Below, piece after piece: positions 36,116 through 45,780 of a stretch of DNA of 64,000 bases. Location: positions 96,001-160,000 of IMG/VR virus record IMGVR_UViG_3300022554_000002. The stretch is one strand, 5' to 3'. Made by a program: the position numbers and the translations under genes. Below the pieces are notes generated by a model. That model had not been told where the DNA came from. It did no database searches and saw nothing but the letters and a program-made list of their open reading frames with translations. The first letter of the stretch is position 1. The number at the start of each line of letters is the position of its first letter. This stretch comes from a virus.

Positions 36116-37318
36116 TTAGTAGTATTGTACGTGATTTGTATTTGAACCATTAGTATTTCCGGGGAAAAATGATGCATTATTGGTATTTGTATATATTAAT
36201 GAATTTAATGAAACTTCATATTTGGGACCAACTGTAGCCGCATTTTGCCCACTAAATGTTGTATTTTGTGCACTAATTTCACCTAATTGTTCCGCCCAAA
36301 CAAATCCACGAGTAGTTGTAACACGTTCACTAAAAATTACATTAGTGGAATCAATAGCAATAAAAGAACCTACAATAGACCTAGCCAAAGAGTAGATATT
36401 TTTTGCTGCTATATTTATTTGTTTCGGGGTATCATTTGCTGCGACGAAAATTTTTCCACCATATTGTGCTATTAATGGTATACCTTGATTTCCTGCAAAA
36501 ATAAGATTATTGTATGCCATACAACCCTGTATTTGACAATTTATTGATGGTTCATAACCTGATACACGAGATACCAAGGTAATTTTCATATCCTGTACAA
36601 TATATGGACATGGTGTTTCAGAATAAAATCCTGATGTTATACCAGAGAAAACTACATTTGTTCGTTCAGGATAATCAGCATTTCCGGCTACTGTAATAGA
36701 CGCTCCTGATAAGACGTTAACTCTAATCGCTCCTTGTTTACCGTAAAAAGATTTACAAATAATTCTTCCATCATGAACATATGTACCATCATATAATTTT
36801 ATAAAAGCTCGTTTATCAACCAAATCATAATTATTACAAATATGATCTATACTATACTGAATGGTTTGAAATGGTGATCCTGATTCGCCTGTATTCGTTA
36901 TATCACTGCCAGTATCGGAATTAACATATATAGTTAAATCATTGGTTAATCTAGTTAATCCCGTAGCCGCCTCTAATGTTGTAATTCTTTGTTGATTATC
37001 AAGAGATAAAATATTTATACCAGATGCATATGTTTCTAATGCGGGGTTTGATCCCGATCCTGTTCCAGCCGTACCAGATGCGTAAGATTCTACTTCAGCT
37101 AAATGTAGTTGAGTCCACTCACTTAATGTACCAATACCAGACGTATAATTAAGTAAAATATCATAATAATTTTTATTAATTACATCATTATCATTTGTCG
37201 GTACCTGTGGGGTTTGTATTAGTTGTAGTACCTTTGTTCCAGACACCACCTGATTGCTGGTCAAGTCAACATAGTTGGGTTGTGCTACTTGCAGTCTTGT
37301 TATGACACTTCCAGCCAT
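36116..37318 (-). CDS. tail fibre/spike protein with beta-helix-like C-terminus
   Basis: NQVVSGTK...DVINKNYYD fibre motif, YASG repeats, TIYVNSDTGSD...SPFQTIQYSID. Confidence 0.7.
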   Translation of the reverse strand: MAGSVITRLQVAQPNYVDLTSNQVVSGTKVLQLIQTPQVPTNDNDVINKNYYDILLNYTSGIGTLSEWTQLHLAEVESYASGTAGTGSGSNPALETYASGINILSLDNQQRITTLEAATGLTRLTNDLTIYVNSDTGSDITNTGESGSPFQTIQYSIDHICNNYDLVDKRAFIKLYDGTYVHDGRIICKSFYGKQGAIRVNVLSGASITVAGNADYPERTNVVFSGITSGFYSETPCPYIVQDMKITLVSRVSGYEPSINCQIQGCMAYNNLIFAGNQGIPLIAQYGGKIFVAANDTPKQINIAAKNIYSLARSIVGSFIAIDSTNVIFSERVTTTRGFVWAEQLGEISAQNTTFSGQNAATVGPKYEVSLNSLIYTNTNNASFFPGNTNGSNTNHVQYY

Positions 37319-37324
37319 TTTATG

Positions 37325-37849
37325 TTATCCTGTTTTTTGCATCTTGGCCATGGTTTCACGAATAGTAACTTTTGGATCAGTAGCATCGAATACAGTTAAA
37401 TTAATATTATTAATTACTTCTAAAATTGCTTTTTTCTTTTCATCATCAGACAATTTTTCATCATTTGCAATTGTAACAATTTCGTCTTCTTTGGTATAAT
37501 AATAAATAAATACTGTTTGCATCCAATTCCATACTAAATCTGTATAATCTGCTGCTTCCTTTAATCCTGCTAATCGTGAGTCTGTTTGAAGCTTTTGTAA
37601 TGATATTTGTCTATGAATTGGATATTTAGAATAGACATATTCTTTAGTTCTATCATCTAATATTTGTACTTGTTTTTTTGTGAATTCTTCAAGCGTGTCA
37701 CGAATTTCAGGATTTTTTAGAAATTCTGCAAATTCTAACATTTCCTCACTATCTTCAGGAAGAAATTCTTGATTCTCCCTCTGTTTTCTGGCATAGGTGC
37801 CACAAATGTAACCGTCTTTATCCCTGTCAATCCATCTGATTTCTGCCAT
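37325..37849 (-). CDS. putative tail fibre assembly/chaperone protein
   Basis: 174 aa between two fibre genes; GYICGTYARKQRENQEFLPEDSEE N-terminus typical of fibre-adjacent proteins. Confidence 0.45.
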   Translation of the reverse strand: MAEIRWIDRDKDGYICGTYARKQRENQEFLPEDSEEMLEFAEFLKNPEIRDTLEEFTKKQVQILDDRTKEYVYSKYPIHRQISLQKLQTDSRLAGLKEAADYTDLVWNWMQTVFIYYYTKEDEIVTIANDEKLSDDEKKKAILEVINNINLTVFDATDPKVTIRETMAKMQKTG

Positions 37850-37851
37850 GA

Positions 37852-40377
37852 TTATGCGTCCTTTCCTCTTGGGTCAAACCATCCATACGTCCACATGCAA
37901 GCAACCGATTGTTTCGTATTTGCTCGCATTCTCAATTGTGCAGATGTATTTGTTCTAAAAATATTTCCTGCTGGTCCCTGCGTTACGCCAGTTCCTCCCT
38001 CCGTCACTTGCAGCGAATTTTGATTTCCGTTAGCAGGCGCGACATCGGTAACAAGTGGTGATGACGTATACGTTGATATTGTGTTTAATGCTTTATATCC
38101 GTATGTTGTTACTTGCGCTAGAACTTCAACACCTGTGGGGACACTTATTGTGTACAACGTTGCACTGGTGCCTAATGTTGCCGATGCATTTACGTCGTAT
38201 ACAGGCGTCTTCCACAGGAACAAATCACCATACTGTGTATAGGCGATAATATTTGCACTTCCATTCGTCAATACTGCACCAATTCTTCGTTTGAAATCAT
38301 AGTTTGCTGGCATTGTTGGTGCTGTTGCAGATGTACTGAATAACGCATCAACTACACCCGTATCACTACGCTTAATTAGCCACACATGGTACCATGTAGC
38401 ATTGCCAACTGAGCCTGTATCAAGACCACCATTGCCCGAACCTACAGCCCATGACGCATCAATTCTCTTTGTTATTGCTGCTGACAAAACTAAATCAGCA
38501 GCATTTGTAGAATCCCTACAGGCACCAGCGGCAATATCAATATTATGGTCTGCATCTGTTCCATTATTACTGGTGATTAATCCGTCAATATATCCACGTG
38601 GCAAGCCTGTAGCAGTTGATCCAGTGGTCATAGCCCTACGCATGGTTTCAATACCAGATGCATAATTCTTAGTATATGCAATATCGGCGTGGTCATAGGT
38701 AATTTCGTGACTATGAACTGCACCATATTGTTCAGCGAAACCTTGCCATGATTGTACGCCGTCTGCTGGATTCTTATAAACGTAATATGATTGTCCATTG
38801 CCAACATTAATGCTGAACCACTGAGTGCCGGAATCTAGTGTATTTGCCGCTGGACGATCTGCATGTAATCCATAGAGGATTTTAGAACCTACCCACATTC
38901 TACGCATGGTTTCAATACCAGATGCATAGGTAGTTAGTGCTGTAGTATCGCCACCAGTAACCATTGCACGTCTTAAAGTTTCGATACCTGAAGCATATTC
39001 TGTTAACTCTTGTAAATCAACAATAACACCAGATAGTGTATTAGTATTTGATGTTAATTCATTTTGTACAAGAATTAATTGACCATTAATACCAGATGCA
39101 TAGGTTGTTACTGCTGTGGTATCACCACCAGTAACCATTTGCCTACGCATAGATTCAATACCAGAGGCATATGCTTCTATTGCTGTGGTGTCACCACCAG
39201 TAGAGGAACCAGAAACACCATTTAAAACACCACGGTAGCTAACTACGATGCCTTTTGTGTCACTAATGGCAATCATTACAGGTTTTGAAATAGTACCGCT
39301 TGTAATTGGTTCAGTTGGTGTTAACTCACCTAAGTTATCAGCAGACAGGAAGTACACAATACCGGGAATTAAACCGCTTTGATTTTCAATTTCACCCTCA
39401 AATACAGCAGTAAATTGATTACCTGATGTAGATTCAATGATAGCAACTGATTCAGCAGTAACAATATTGTCTGCTTTAGCTTTTGCCCACTGTTCACCAG
39501 TGGTTCTATAAATTGCATTTAATGCAGAAAAATCGTGTGTTTGAATATAAGTTTGACGAATGCTTGATCCGGTAGCCGTAGACGTACCACCAGCAGGTCT
39601 TGCACCTATTCCTGAAGCATATTCTGTTAACTCTCTTAAATCAGTAATAATGCCTGATGTTGTATTAGTATTTGATGTTAATTCATTTTGTACAAGAATT
39701 AATTGATTATTGATACCAGATGCATAAGATTCTAACACAGGATTGGAAGAAACCATGACCCGACGCATAGACTCAATACCGGATGCGTAGGATTCAATTT
39801 CTCGTGAATCAATAATTAATCCCGATAATGTATTACTAGCAGCAGTTTGATTTATTTGAATTACATTTAGTAGCGTTTTTGTTCCAGAAGCATAACCAGT
39901 AATATAGTAAATATTTGATTGGTTAACAATTGCTAACGCACCAATACCAGATATATATGGTTCTAGTGCTGGATTTGAACCACCACCAGACAAAATCATT
40001 GAATCTACATAATGTTTATTAGTTAAATCGGCAGGAATGGTTGGCCAACGATATTGTAACGCTCTTTCAAAGGATTTAATACCAGATAAATTCTGGTTTC
40101 CTTGAGTTCTAATATATGTAATAATGTCGGCTAAGTGGGCAGATGTTATAACACCAGAAGCAATATTTTCTGGAACTGTAATAATCTCGCCTAAGTCGGT
40201 TCCAGAGGTTAATTTATCTCCGGTAATAGTCCCATTGGCTATTAATTCGTTAGTGATTGCTTCTAAGGAGATGTGTCTTGTTTGAATATAACCATCTTGT
40301 ATGTCAGGATTTGGGTAAGCACCTTGTAAGGCACCACCCGCAGCATCACCATATCTAATTGGGTCAGTTAAAGCCAA
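37852..40377 (-). CDS. long tail fibre protein with YASGI repeats and modular domains
   Basis: TTG start; NQNLSGIKSF...LTNKHYVD fibre motif; about 10 YASG repeats; GC-richer C-terminal domain. Confidence 0.75.
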   Translation of the reverse strand: MALTDPIRYGDAAGGALQGAYPNPDIQDGYIQTRHISLEAITNELIANGTITGDKLTSGTDLGEIITVPENIASGVITSAHLADIITYIRTQGNQNLSGIKSFERALQYRWPTIPADLTNKHYVDSMILSGGGSNPALEPYISGIGALAIVNQSNIYYITGYASGTKTLLNVIQINQTAASNTLSGLIIDSREIESYASGIESMRRVMVSSNPVLESYASGINNQLILVQNELTSNTNTTSGIITDLRELTEYASGIGARPAGGTSTATGSSIRQTYIQTHDFSALNAIYRTTGEQWAKAKADNIVTAESVAIIESTSGNQFTAVFEGEIENQSGLIPGIVYFLSADNLGELTPTEPITSGTISKPVMIAISDTKGIVVSYRGVLNGVSGSSTGGDTTAIEAYASGIESMRRQMVTGGDTTAVTTYASGINGQLILVQNELTSNTNTLSGVIVDLQELTEYASGIETLRRAMVTGGDTTALTTYASGIETMRRMWVGSKILYGLHADRPAANTLDSGTQWFSINVGNGQSYYVYKNPADGVQSWQGFAEQYGAVHSHEITYDHADIAYTKNYASGIETMRRAMTTGSTATGLPRGYIDGLITSNNGTDADHNIDIAAGACRDSTNAADLVLSAAITKRIDASWAVGSGNGGLDTGSVGNATWYHVWLIKRSDTGVVDALFSTSATAPTMPANYDFKRRIGAVLTNGSANIIAYTQYGDLFLWKTPVYDVNASATLGTSATLYTISVPTGVEVLAQVTTYGYKALNTISTYTSSPLVTDVAPANGNQNSLQVTEGGTGVTQGPAGNIFRTNTSAQLRMRANTKQSVACMWTYGWFDPRGKDA

Positions 40378-40444
40378 GGTTCATTCCCTGCTGGTTCGAC
40401 CTAACAGGAATACCGCCCATCAGAGACGGTACTTTCCATAGTAA

Positions 40445-40451
40445 TATAATC
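40445..40451 (-). promoter_or_regulatory. GATTATA phage-type promoter (fibre-terminase operon)
   Basis: cGATTATAttactatggaaag; 13 nt identical to the 14216 promoter (GATTATAttactatg). Confidence 0.65.
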
Positions 40452-40492
40452 GTTAATTAGGCAGGGAATTGCTGTTTAGGAAGGAAAAATTA

Positions 40493-40669
40493 TTACAAAA
40501 TTGGTTTTGTTTTACGAATACCAGTTTCACACTCAATACAGATATTGTCATTTGGACGTACAGACTTAATACGCACTTTAGCACCACATTTACAACATTT
40601 GCCTTCAAACATATAAATTGTGGCTTTTAGTTTTCCATCACAGTAGAGAGTTGTATTATTCTGTCTCAT
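40493..40669 (-). CDS. small Zn-finger protein
   Basis: MRQNN... CCKCG...CIEC. Confidence 0.5.
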   Translation of the reverse strand: MRQNNTTLYCDGKLKATIYMFEGKCCKCGAKVRIKSVRPNDNICIECETGIRKTKPIL

Positions 40670-41081
40670 TGAGTGCACTCTGTGCCTTATTAATTCTAGC
40701 ATCCTCTAAAGTTTGAAATGATATTTCTCGTAAAGACCCTTTTAGTAATGGAAAATCTCGTCCGAACCCAACTCCGAACACTTTAATTTCAACAGAACTT
40801 GCACCTTCATCTACTTGGTATAATCCGGTAAATGAGCGTCTTTCATCCGGTCCTAACCCACGTAATCCAACTTTTGATTCAACACGAATAATATCACCTG
40901 TTTCACAATCTACAGGTTTTTGGTACCACATTCTTGTATATCGTTGTGCTAAAGGAGTTAAATAAATTCCTTCGTCATCTTTTTGAATTTCAACTTTAGA
41001 ATCATTAATAAATATTTCCAACTTAGAACCTTCTTTCAGGTTCTTACAAAATCCAATTTGTACAAATATTTTAGTGCTCAT
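40656..41081 (-). CDS. hypothetical protein
   Basis: 141-aa ORF, operon-tiled. Confidence 0.65.
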   Translation of the reverse strand: MSTKIFVQIGFCKNLKEGSKLEIFINDSKVEIQKDDEGIYLTPLAQRYTRMWYQKPVDCETGDIIRVESKVGLRGLGPDERRSFTGLYQVDEGASSVEIKVFGVGFGRDFPLLKGSLREISFQTLEDARINKAQSALNETE

Positions 41082-41390
41082 TTAATTCTCAATAATGTTA
41101 TTTTCTTCGTCATTAACAAAAGATAAAAATAAAAGAAATATGGCATTAGAAAATGTTTTTAAAAACCTATTGGGATGAAATAAAATTTCCCAAGTAAAAA
41201 ATATTCGTAATTTCCAAGGAACAGTTTCAAATGTTAAAGGTTTTGCACTTTCAATAATTCGTTTTCGGTCAGCTTCAACTATTTGTTTAATTTTATTTAC
41301 TATAATTTCCTGTCCCGTTACTTGCCCAACATTTCCTAATCCATAAATTTCTTTGGCTGTTTCTAACATTAACTTAGTAGTGTAAACCAT
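41082..41390 (-). CDS. hypothetical protein
   Basis: 102-aa ORF. Confidence 0.55.
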   Translation of the reverse strand: MVYTTKLMLETAKEIYGLGNVGQVTGQEIIVNKIKQIVEADRKRIIESAKPLTFETVPWKLRIFFTWEILFHPNRFLKTFSNAIFLLFLSFVNDEENNIIEN

Positions 41391-41408
41391 GTTGTTCTCA
41401 TTTCTATT

Positions 41409-41642
41409 TTATGTTGCGTTAGATTCCTGTTCATTATCAATATGCCAATCTTCAATATCATAGTCGTAATCATCTACAAAATCATCATAAATACCCTGCT
41501 GTTGTAATATCATAGTTTCTAACTCTTGTTTAAAGTCTATAATTTTTTCTAATACTTCTTTGTCAATTTCCTTATGTCGTTTCATTTCATTTGTGGCCAT
41601 ACTTAACAGACTTACAATTTTTTGCTGTGATTCTGGTATCAT
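41409..41642 (-). CDS. hypothetical protein with acidic tail
   Basis: 77 aa, SD aggag, after a sigma70 promoter. Confidence 0.6.
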   Translation of the reverse strand: MIPESQQKIVSLLSMATNEMKRHKEIDKEVLEKIIDFKQELETMILQQQGIYDDFVDDYDYDIEDWHIDNEQESNAT

Positions 41643-41672
41643 AGTATGTCTCCTATACCTTTCCCATTAGAT

Positions 41673-41700
41673 ATTATACAGTCATAACACAAATTGTCAA
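41673..41700 (-). promoter_or_regulatory. sigma70-type promoter TTGACA-N16-TATAAT
   Basis: TTGACAatttgtgttatgactgTATAAT. Confidence 0.75.
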
Positions 41701-41706
41701 GTTAAT

Positions 41707-44166
41707 TTAGCCACATTTAGACCAACCACAATCTCTACATGTAATACAGCCTGATTCACGAGCTAGATTCGTGGATTTACAAGCAGGACATTCTTCACCT
41801 GTAACTTTAGTACCATCAACGACGTATGATTTTAGAACACGTGCAATTGCTTTGGCAAAACTGTTCCAATCGCCTTCCACCTTTTCTAATTGATGAACAA
41901 TAAATGCTACGTCAGCACCATGTCGTAATGAGGCAGAAATAAGTCTTGTTATTGCTGCTTCTTCGGGTTCTAGTGCCTTGTGTGTATCCTTGACTAAAAC
42001 TTCACCTTTATCAGTTTTAACTACATAATGTCCACGTGTAATTTTACTAATTGTACCATGTTGTTTGTCATGTGCAATTAGATTTTCATCATTGGTATGC
42101 ATGGCAAATACCTCATATGGATCATTGCCAAAATTACCAACAATGATAAGAATTTTAGATTTCTTATTTGGCAATATAAATAAATCACAGGGTAAGCTTT
42201 TTGGTCGTTTAGGAGCATGAGTTTTTGTAATACTAGTGAGTAATGTTTCTGCTTTTTTGGATATTAATACTCCATCTCTGCAACCTTCACGATAAATTGT
42301 AATTCCTTTACAGCCAGCTTTCCATGCTGTTTCATAGATTTCGGCAGTCTTCTCGTAACTTATATCTTTTGGTAAATTGATTGTTGACGAGATACTATGA
42401 TCTACATGCTTTTGTATTGCTGCTTGAAGTTTAACACGATTAATCCAATCTATATCCATTGCACAACAATTATTCCAAGGAGATTTTTTAAGGTCTGTCT
42501 CTCCTGTAACTTCTTTCCACATAGCAACTTTAGGATGGTACACAGTATACTCTTGCCACTTGTCACCATTCTTGTCAATAAAATCAGGTTTTACAGTTTC
42601 AGCATGTGTAATTTTTCGTCTTCGTATATAAGAAAGTTTATATACTGGTTCCACACCAGAACTCGTCTGTGTTAAAATACTAACCGATCCTGTAGGTGCT
42701 GTAGTAAGTAATGAGATGTTCCTACGTCCTGATTTACTCATTCGTTTATACAGGTCAGCACCAGAGACAGTTTCTCCCTCACCCAACGAAATAGTTTCAT
42801 CTTTGAAACGATTAAGAAATTCATTGTCTTTTTCTAATTCAAAATTCCAAATAGGGAATGGTCCAATTTCTTCTGCCATTTCAATTGACGATTCATATGC
42901 TGCAAATTTAATCGTCCGATAAATTTTCTCTGCTTTAGCAATACTTTCCTTACTGCCATACTGAATTCCAAGAGCAGCTAAAGCATCACCAAGAGCCGTA
43001 ATACCTGTTCCTGTTCTACGACCATTCATGCATTTTTCTTTAATTTTATGCCACAGATTAAGTTCTGTTTGTTTGGTTTCTTTTGGTTCAGGATCATTTT
43101 TAATTTTTGTAATAATTCGATCAATATGTTCAAGTTCTAAATCAATTAAATTATCCATTAACCTCTGTGTAATTTTTGCAATATTATAAAATTGTTTAAA
43201 ATCAAATTTTGCATATTTAGTAAATGGATTTAACACAAAAGAGAATAGATTGATTGCCATTAAACGACAAGAATCATATGCACAAAGTGGTAACTCAGCA
43301 CATGGATTTGTTGCAATTGTTTGAAACCCAACCGAAGCATATGAGTCAGCAGGAGAATTTCGGATAATGTTATCCCAAAATAACAATCCCGGTTCAGCCC
43401 AATCTCTTGCAGCAGCAATAATTTCCTTCCAAACCTTCTTAGCACTGATCTTTTGTGTTATCTTTGGTATTCCGGTTACAGGCCAACGAAGCTCATACTC
43501 AGTATCCTTTTCAACCGCTTTCAAAAACTCATCCGTAAGTTTAATAGAGATGTTGGCACCAGTAACTTTTGTCAAGTCTTGTTTAATTTTACAAAATTCT
43601 AATATTTCAGGATGGTGAACTGAAACACAAATCATTAAGGCACCACGTCTATTTGCTTGACCAACTTCACGAATAGAATTGGAAAAGCGTTCCATGAATG
43701 GAATAATGCCAGTAGATGAGTGTGAGGAATTAGTTGTCAATGTGCCATTAGGACGCAAACAAGAAACATCAAGGCCAGAACCACCCCTACGCTTACAGAT
43801 TTGTACTATCTCTTGATCTGCTTGGCAAATACCACCATAAGAATCTTGTAAATCTACAACAAAACAATTTGATAAGCTTATATATTTACTTTTATTACCA
43901 ATTCCATACATTGGACTACCTTGTGGCACGATCCATTTAAAATGATCAAACCATTGAAATATGTCTTCCTTGGTTAAAGGCTTTTTAAATTTCTTGGCAT
44001 CAATCCTAGCAAGTTCTGTTGCCATTCGCCAATGCATGTCTGTAGGTGTTTTTTCTAAATAAGTTCCCTCTTCATTCTTTAAGGCATATTTTAGAAAAAC
44101 ATCGGCAGGAAGTGCGTCATTAAAGTATTCTGTAGAGGCTTTTACAACCTCTTCTTTACTGAACAT
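41707..44166 (-). CDS. nrdJ: class II (adenosylcobalamin-dependent) ribonucleotide reductase
   Basis: SLSNCFV, RRGGSG, ATNPCAELPL...SCRL, RRTGTGITALGD, TTAPTGSVS, SISSTINLP; C-terminal CPAC...CRDCGWSKC; no small subunit nearby. Confidence 0.92.
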   Translation of the reverse strand: MFSKEEVVKASTEYFNDALPADVFLKYALKNEEGTYLEKTPTDMHWRMATELARIDAKKFKKPLTKEDIFQWFDHFKWIVPQGSPMYGIGNKSKYISLSNCFVVDLQDSYGGICQADQEIVQICKRRGGSGLDVSCLRPNGTLTTNSSHSSTGIIPFMERFSNSIREVGQANRRGALMICVSVHHPEILEFCKIKQDLTKVTGANISIKLTDEFLKAVEKDTEYELRWPVTGIPKITQKISAKKVWKEIIAAARDWAEPGLLFWDNIIRNSPADSYASVGFQTIATNPCAELPLCAYDSCRLMAINLFSFVLNPFTKYAKFDFKQFYNIAKITQRLMDNLIDLELEHIDRIITKIKNDPEPKETKQTELNLWHKIKEKCMNGRRTGTGITALGDALAALGIQYGSKESIAKAEKIYRTIKFAAYESSIEMAEEIGPFPIWNFELEKDNEFLNRFKDETISLGEGETVSGADLYKRMSKSGRRNISLLTTAPTGSVSILTQTSSGVEPVYKLSYIRRRKITHAETVKPDFIDKNGDKWQEYTVYHPKVAMWKEVTGETDLKKSPWNNCCAMDIDWINRVKLQAAIQKHVDHSISSTINLPKDISYEKTAEIYETAWKAGCKGITIYREGCRDGVLISKKAETLLTSITKTHAPKRPKSLPCDLFILPNKKSKILIIVGNFGNDPYEVFAMHTNDENLIAHDKQHGTISKITRGHYVVKTDKGEVLVKDTHKALEPEEAAITRLISASLRHGADVAFIVHQLEKVEGDWNSFAKAIARVLKSYVVDGTKVTGEECPACKSTNLARESGCITCRDCGWSKCG

Positions 44167-44218
44167 TTATCACTCCGAAGATCATTACAAGGTAATTATT
44201 GAAGTTTATCCCACTCTC

Positions 44219-44698
44219 TTACTCAGTATAATCTTGAAACCATGATGGAATTGGCCTAGTCGTCCACTTTGCAAATCGACGTTTTTCTCCTTTGTAATAA
44301 TTTCTATAAGCTGTTACAGGATTTGGATTTTTATACTGTTCAGGCATACATTGTGCAAAGGGAGTTTGACTAATTTGAGAAAAATTAATTTTATGGCTGT
44401 TTGAAACCATTTCCTTAATCAAAGCCTCACACTTATGTATTTTACCATAACGATGTGTATACTCTTTACAAAGACATAGCGCCATATTGCTTAACCATTT
44501 AAAATTTTCTAAAGACGCAGAAGCCCAAATAGAAGCTGGATGATTTTTATGTGTTTGTTTGTATACACCCTGTAAATTATGTTTCCAAAAGGCATTAGAG
44601 AGAAGCTGTGTGGATTCAAGAATCATCTTTACTGTGTGTTTGTCGCAATGATATTCTGCTGCAAGCATTGGGTCTTCATCTAACACGAAGATATTCAT
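44219..44698 (-). CDS. pyrimidine-dimer DNA glycosylase (DenV)-like protein
   Basis: MNIFVLD...HCDKHTVKMILESTQLLS...THKNHP...EYTHRYGKIH...PVTAYRNYY. Confidence 0.8.
   Translation of the reverse strand: MNIFVLDEDPMLAAEYHCDKHTVKMILESTQLLSNAFWKHNLQGVYKQTHKNHPASIWASASLENFKWLSNMALCLCKEYTHRYGKIHKCEALIKEMVSNSHKINFSQISQTPFAQCMPEQYKNPNPVTAYRNYYKGEKRRFAKWTTRPIPSWFQDYTE
44227..44233 (-). promoter_or_regulatory. possible GATTATA promoter for nrdJ
   Basis: aGATTATActgagtaagagag in the last codons of the upstream gene; could be chance. Confidence 0.3.
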
Positions 44699-44704
44699 GT
44701 CTAT

Positions 44705-44732
44705 ATTATACTACCTGTTGTGGTTTTGTCAA
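44705..44732 (-). promoter_or_regulatory. sigma70-type promoter TTGACA-N16-TATAAT
   Basis: TTGACAaaaccacaacaggtagTATAAT; leaderless-like, ATG 6 nt downstream. Confidence 0.75.
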
Positions 44733-44738
44733 GAGAAT

Positions 44739-45107
44739 TTAGTTCAGCTTCTTGACCGCTTCTTCTGACCAGTACGTTTCAGTAGTCCAGTTGGGATTCT
44801 TGGTGAAGCAGACATATCGAAGAGTCTCACCGTTGGTAAGGTGCAGTAGAAGTGTGGGCTTGGAAAGTTCAACGGAACTAGTGGTGTGAGCAATCGACCC
44901 AAGGTGCACAACTTCCCACTTTTCAGGATTGCGAATCTTACCATTCTCAAAGATTACAATTGCACAGGTTTTAACTTCCTCATTCTTTTCGTTTCGACGC
45001 ATGATGCAGGCTTCAGCACTGGCAATTTTTGCACCAAACTCGTTGATAAGCACTGCCGCCTTAATCCAGTTGAAGATGTTGTAGGTGAAAGTCATGTTCA
45101 GGTTCAT
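44739..45107 (-). CDS. hypothetical protein (GC-richer, promoter-bounded cassette)
   Basis: 122 aa, SD aggag; visibly higher GC than its neighbours. Confidence 0.65.
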   Translation of the reverse strand: MNLNMTFTYNIFNWIKAAVLINEFGAKIASAEACIMRRNEKNEEVKTCAIVIFENGKIRNPEKWEVVHLGSIAHTTSSVELSKPTLLLHLTNGETLRYVCFTKNPNWTTETYWSEEAVKKLN

Positions 45108-45127
45108 TTCCTTCTCCTTTCATTAGT

Positions 45128-45156
45128 ATTATACTGCTATTACTAATGAAAGTCAA
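45128..45156 (-). promoter_or_regulatory. sigma70-type promoter TTGACT-N17-TATAAT
   Basis: TTGACTttcattagtaatagcagTATAAT. Confidence 0.7.
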
Positions 45157-45374
45157 GAAGTTTCTCCCATTTCTTTCGAGGCAAATTTTGCCTCTAATCT
45201 TCGTGCTTCTTCCATAATCATTTTAACAGATTCCATTGGATCACGATTTTCCATGTTTTCTTTTGCCACAAGGTGCATTTCTAATTCTCTAATTTGATTT
45301 TCGGTTAAATCCTCTAACCTGCTTTGATATACACTTTTGGCTAACTTTTTTAATTCTTTTATGTGCTTATCCAT
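45153..45374 (-). CDS. hypothetical protein
   Basis: Likely start MDKHIK (SD agagga) overlapping the upstream stop. Confidence 0.55.
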   Translation of the reverse strand: MDKHIKELKKLAKSVYQSRLEDLTENQIRELEMHLVAKENMENRDPMESVKMIMEEARRLEAKFASKEMGETS

Positions 45375-45774
45375 TTTTCTTAATCCTCTTTTGTAAAGTT
45401 GATAGACCGGATGCTGCTTTTCGTAATTCCTTGTTTCCTTTGATAAGACATGCTTCAATAGTTGCGACAGAAAATCTAGTGACCATAGGTAAATCTTTTG
45501 CTTCTTGTATTGAAAAATGAAAATTATTGCTCAAAGTATAATTAAAATTTCTGAAAATAATTTGCACTTTAAATGTTAATATATTATTAAAAAATTCATA
45601 AGCAAGATTAATACTATACATAGGTTTTATAATCACCCACATTAACACTGTTCTATTGTAACCAGCATCATCAATAAATACATGTTCATCAATTTGCTCT
45701 TTTAGTCTTTCGTTAAGAGCAGTTTTTAGATTTATTAAATGTAAATTATTACAAAGTTCTGTCATTGACATCAC
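45367..45774 (-). CDS. hypothetical protein
   Basis: 135-aa ORF. Confidence 0.55.
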   Translation of the reverse strand: MMSMTELCNNLHLINLKTALNERLKEQIDEHVFIDDAGYNRTVLMWVIIKPMYSINLAYEFFNNILTFKVQIIFRNFNYTLSNNFHFSIQEAKDLPMVTRFSVATIEACLIKGNKELRKAASGLSTLQKRIKKNG

Positions 45775-45780
45775 TTTCTC

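Noticed and set aside
38600-39800. Fibre repeats as a diversity-generating retroelement TR/VR pair
   Set aside because: The repeats are in-frame coding duplications within one gene, the differences are not adenine-specific, and there is no reverse transcriptase in the window
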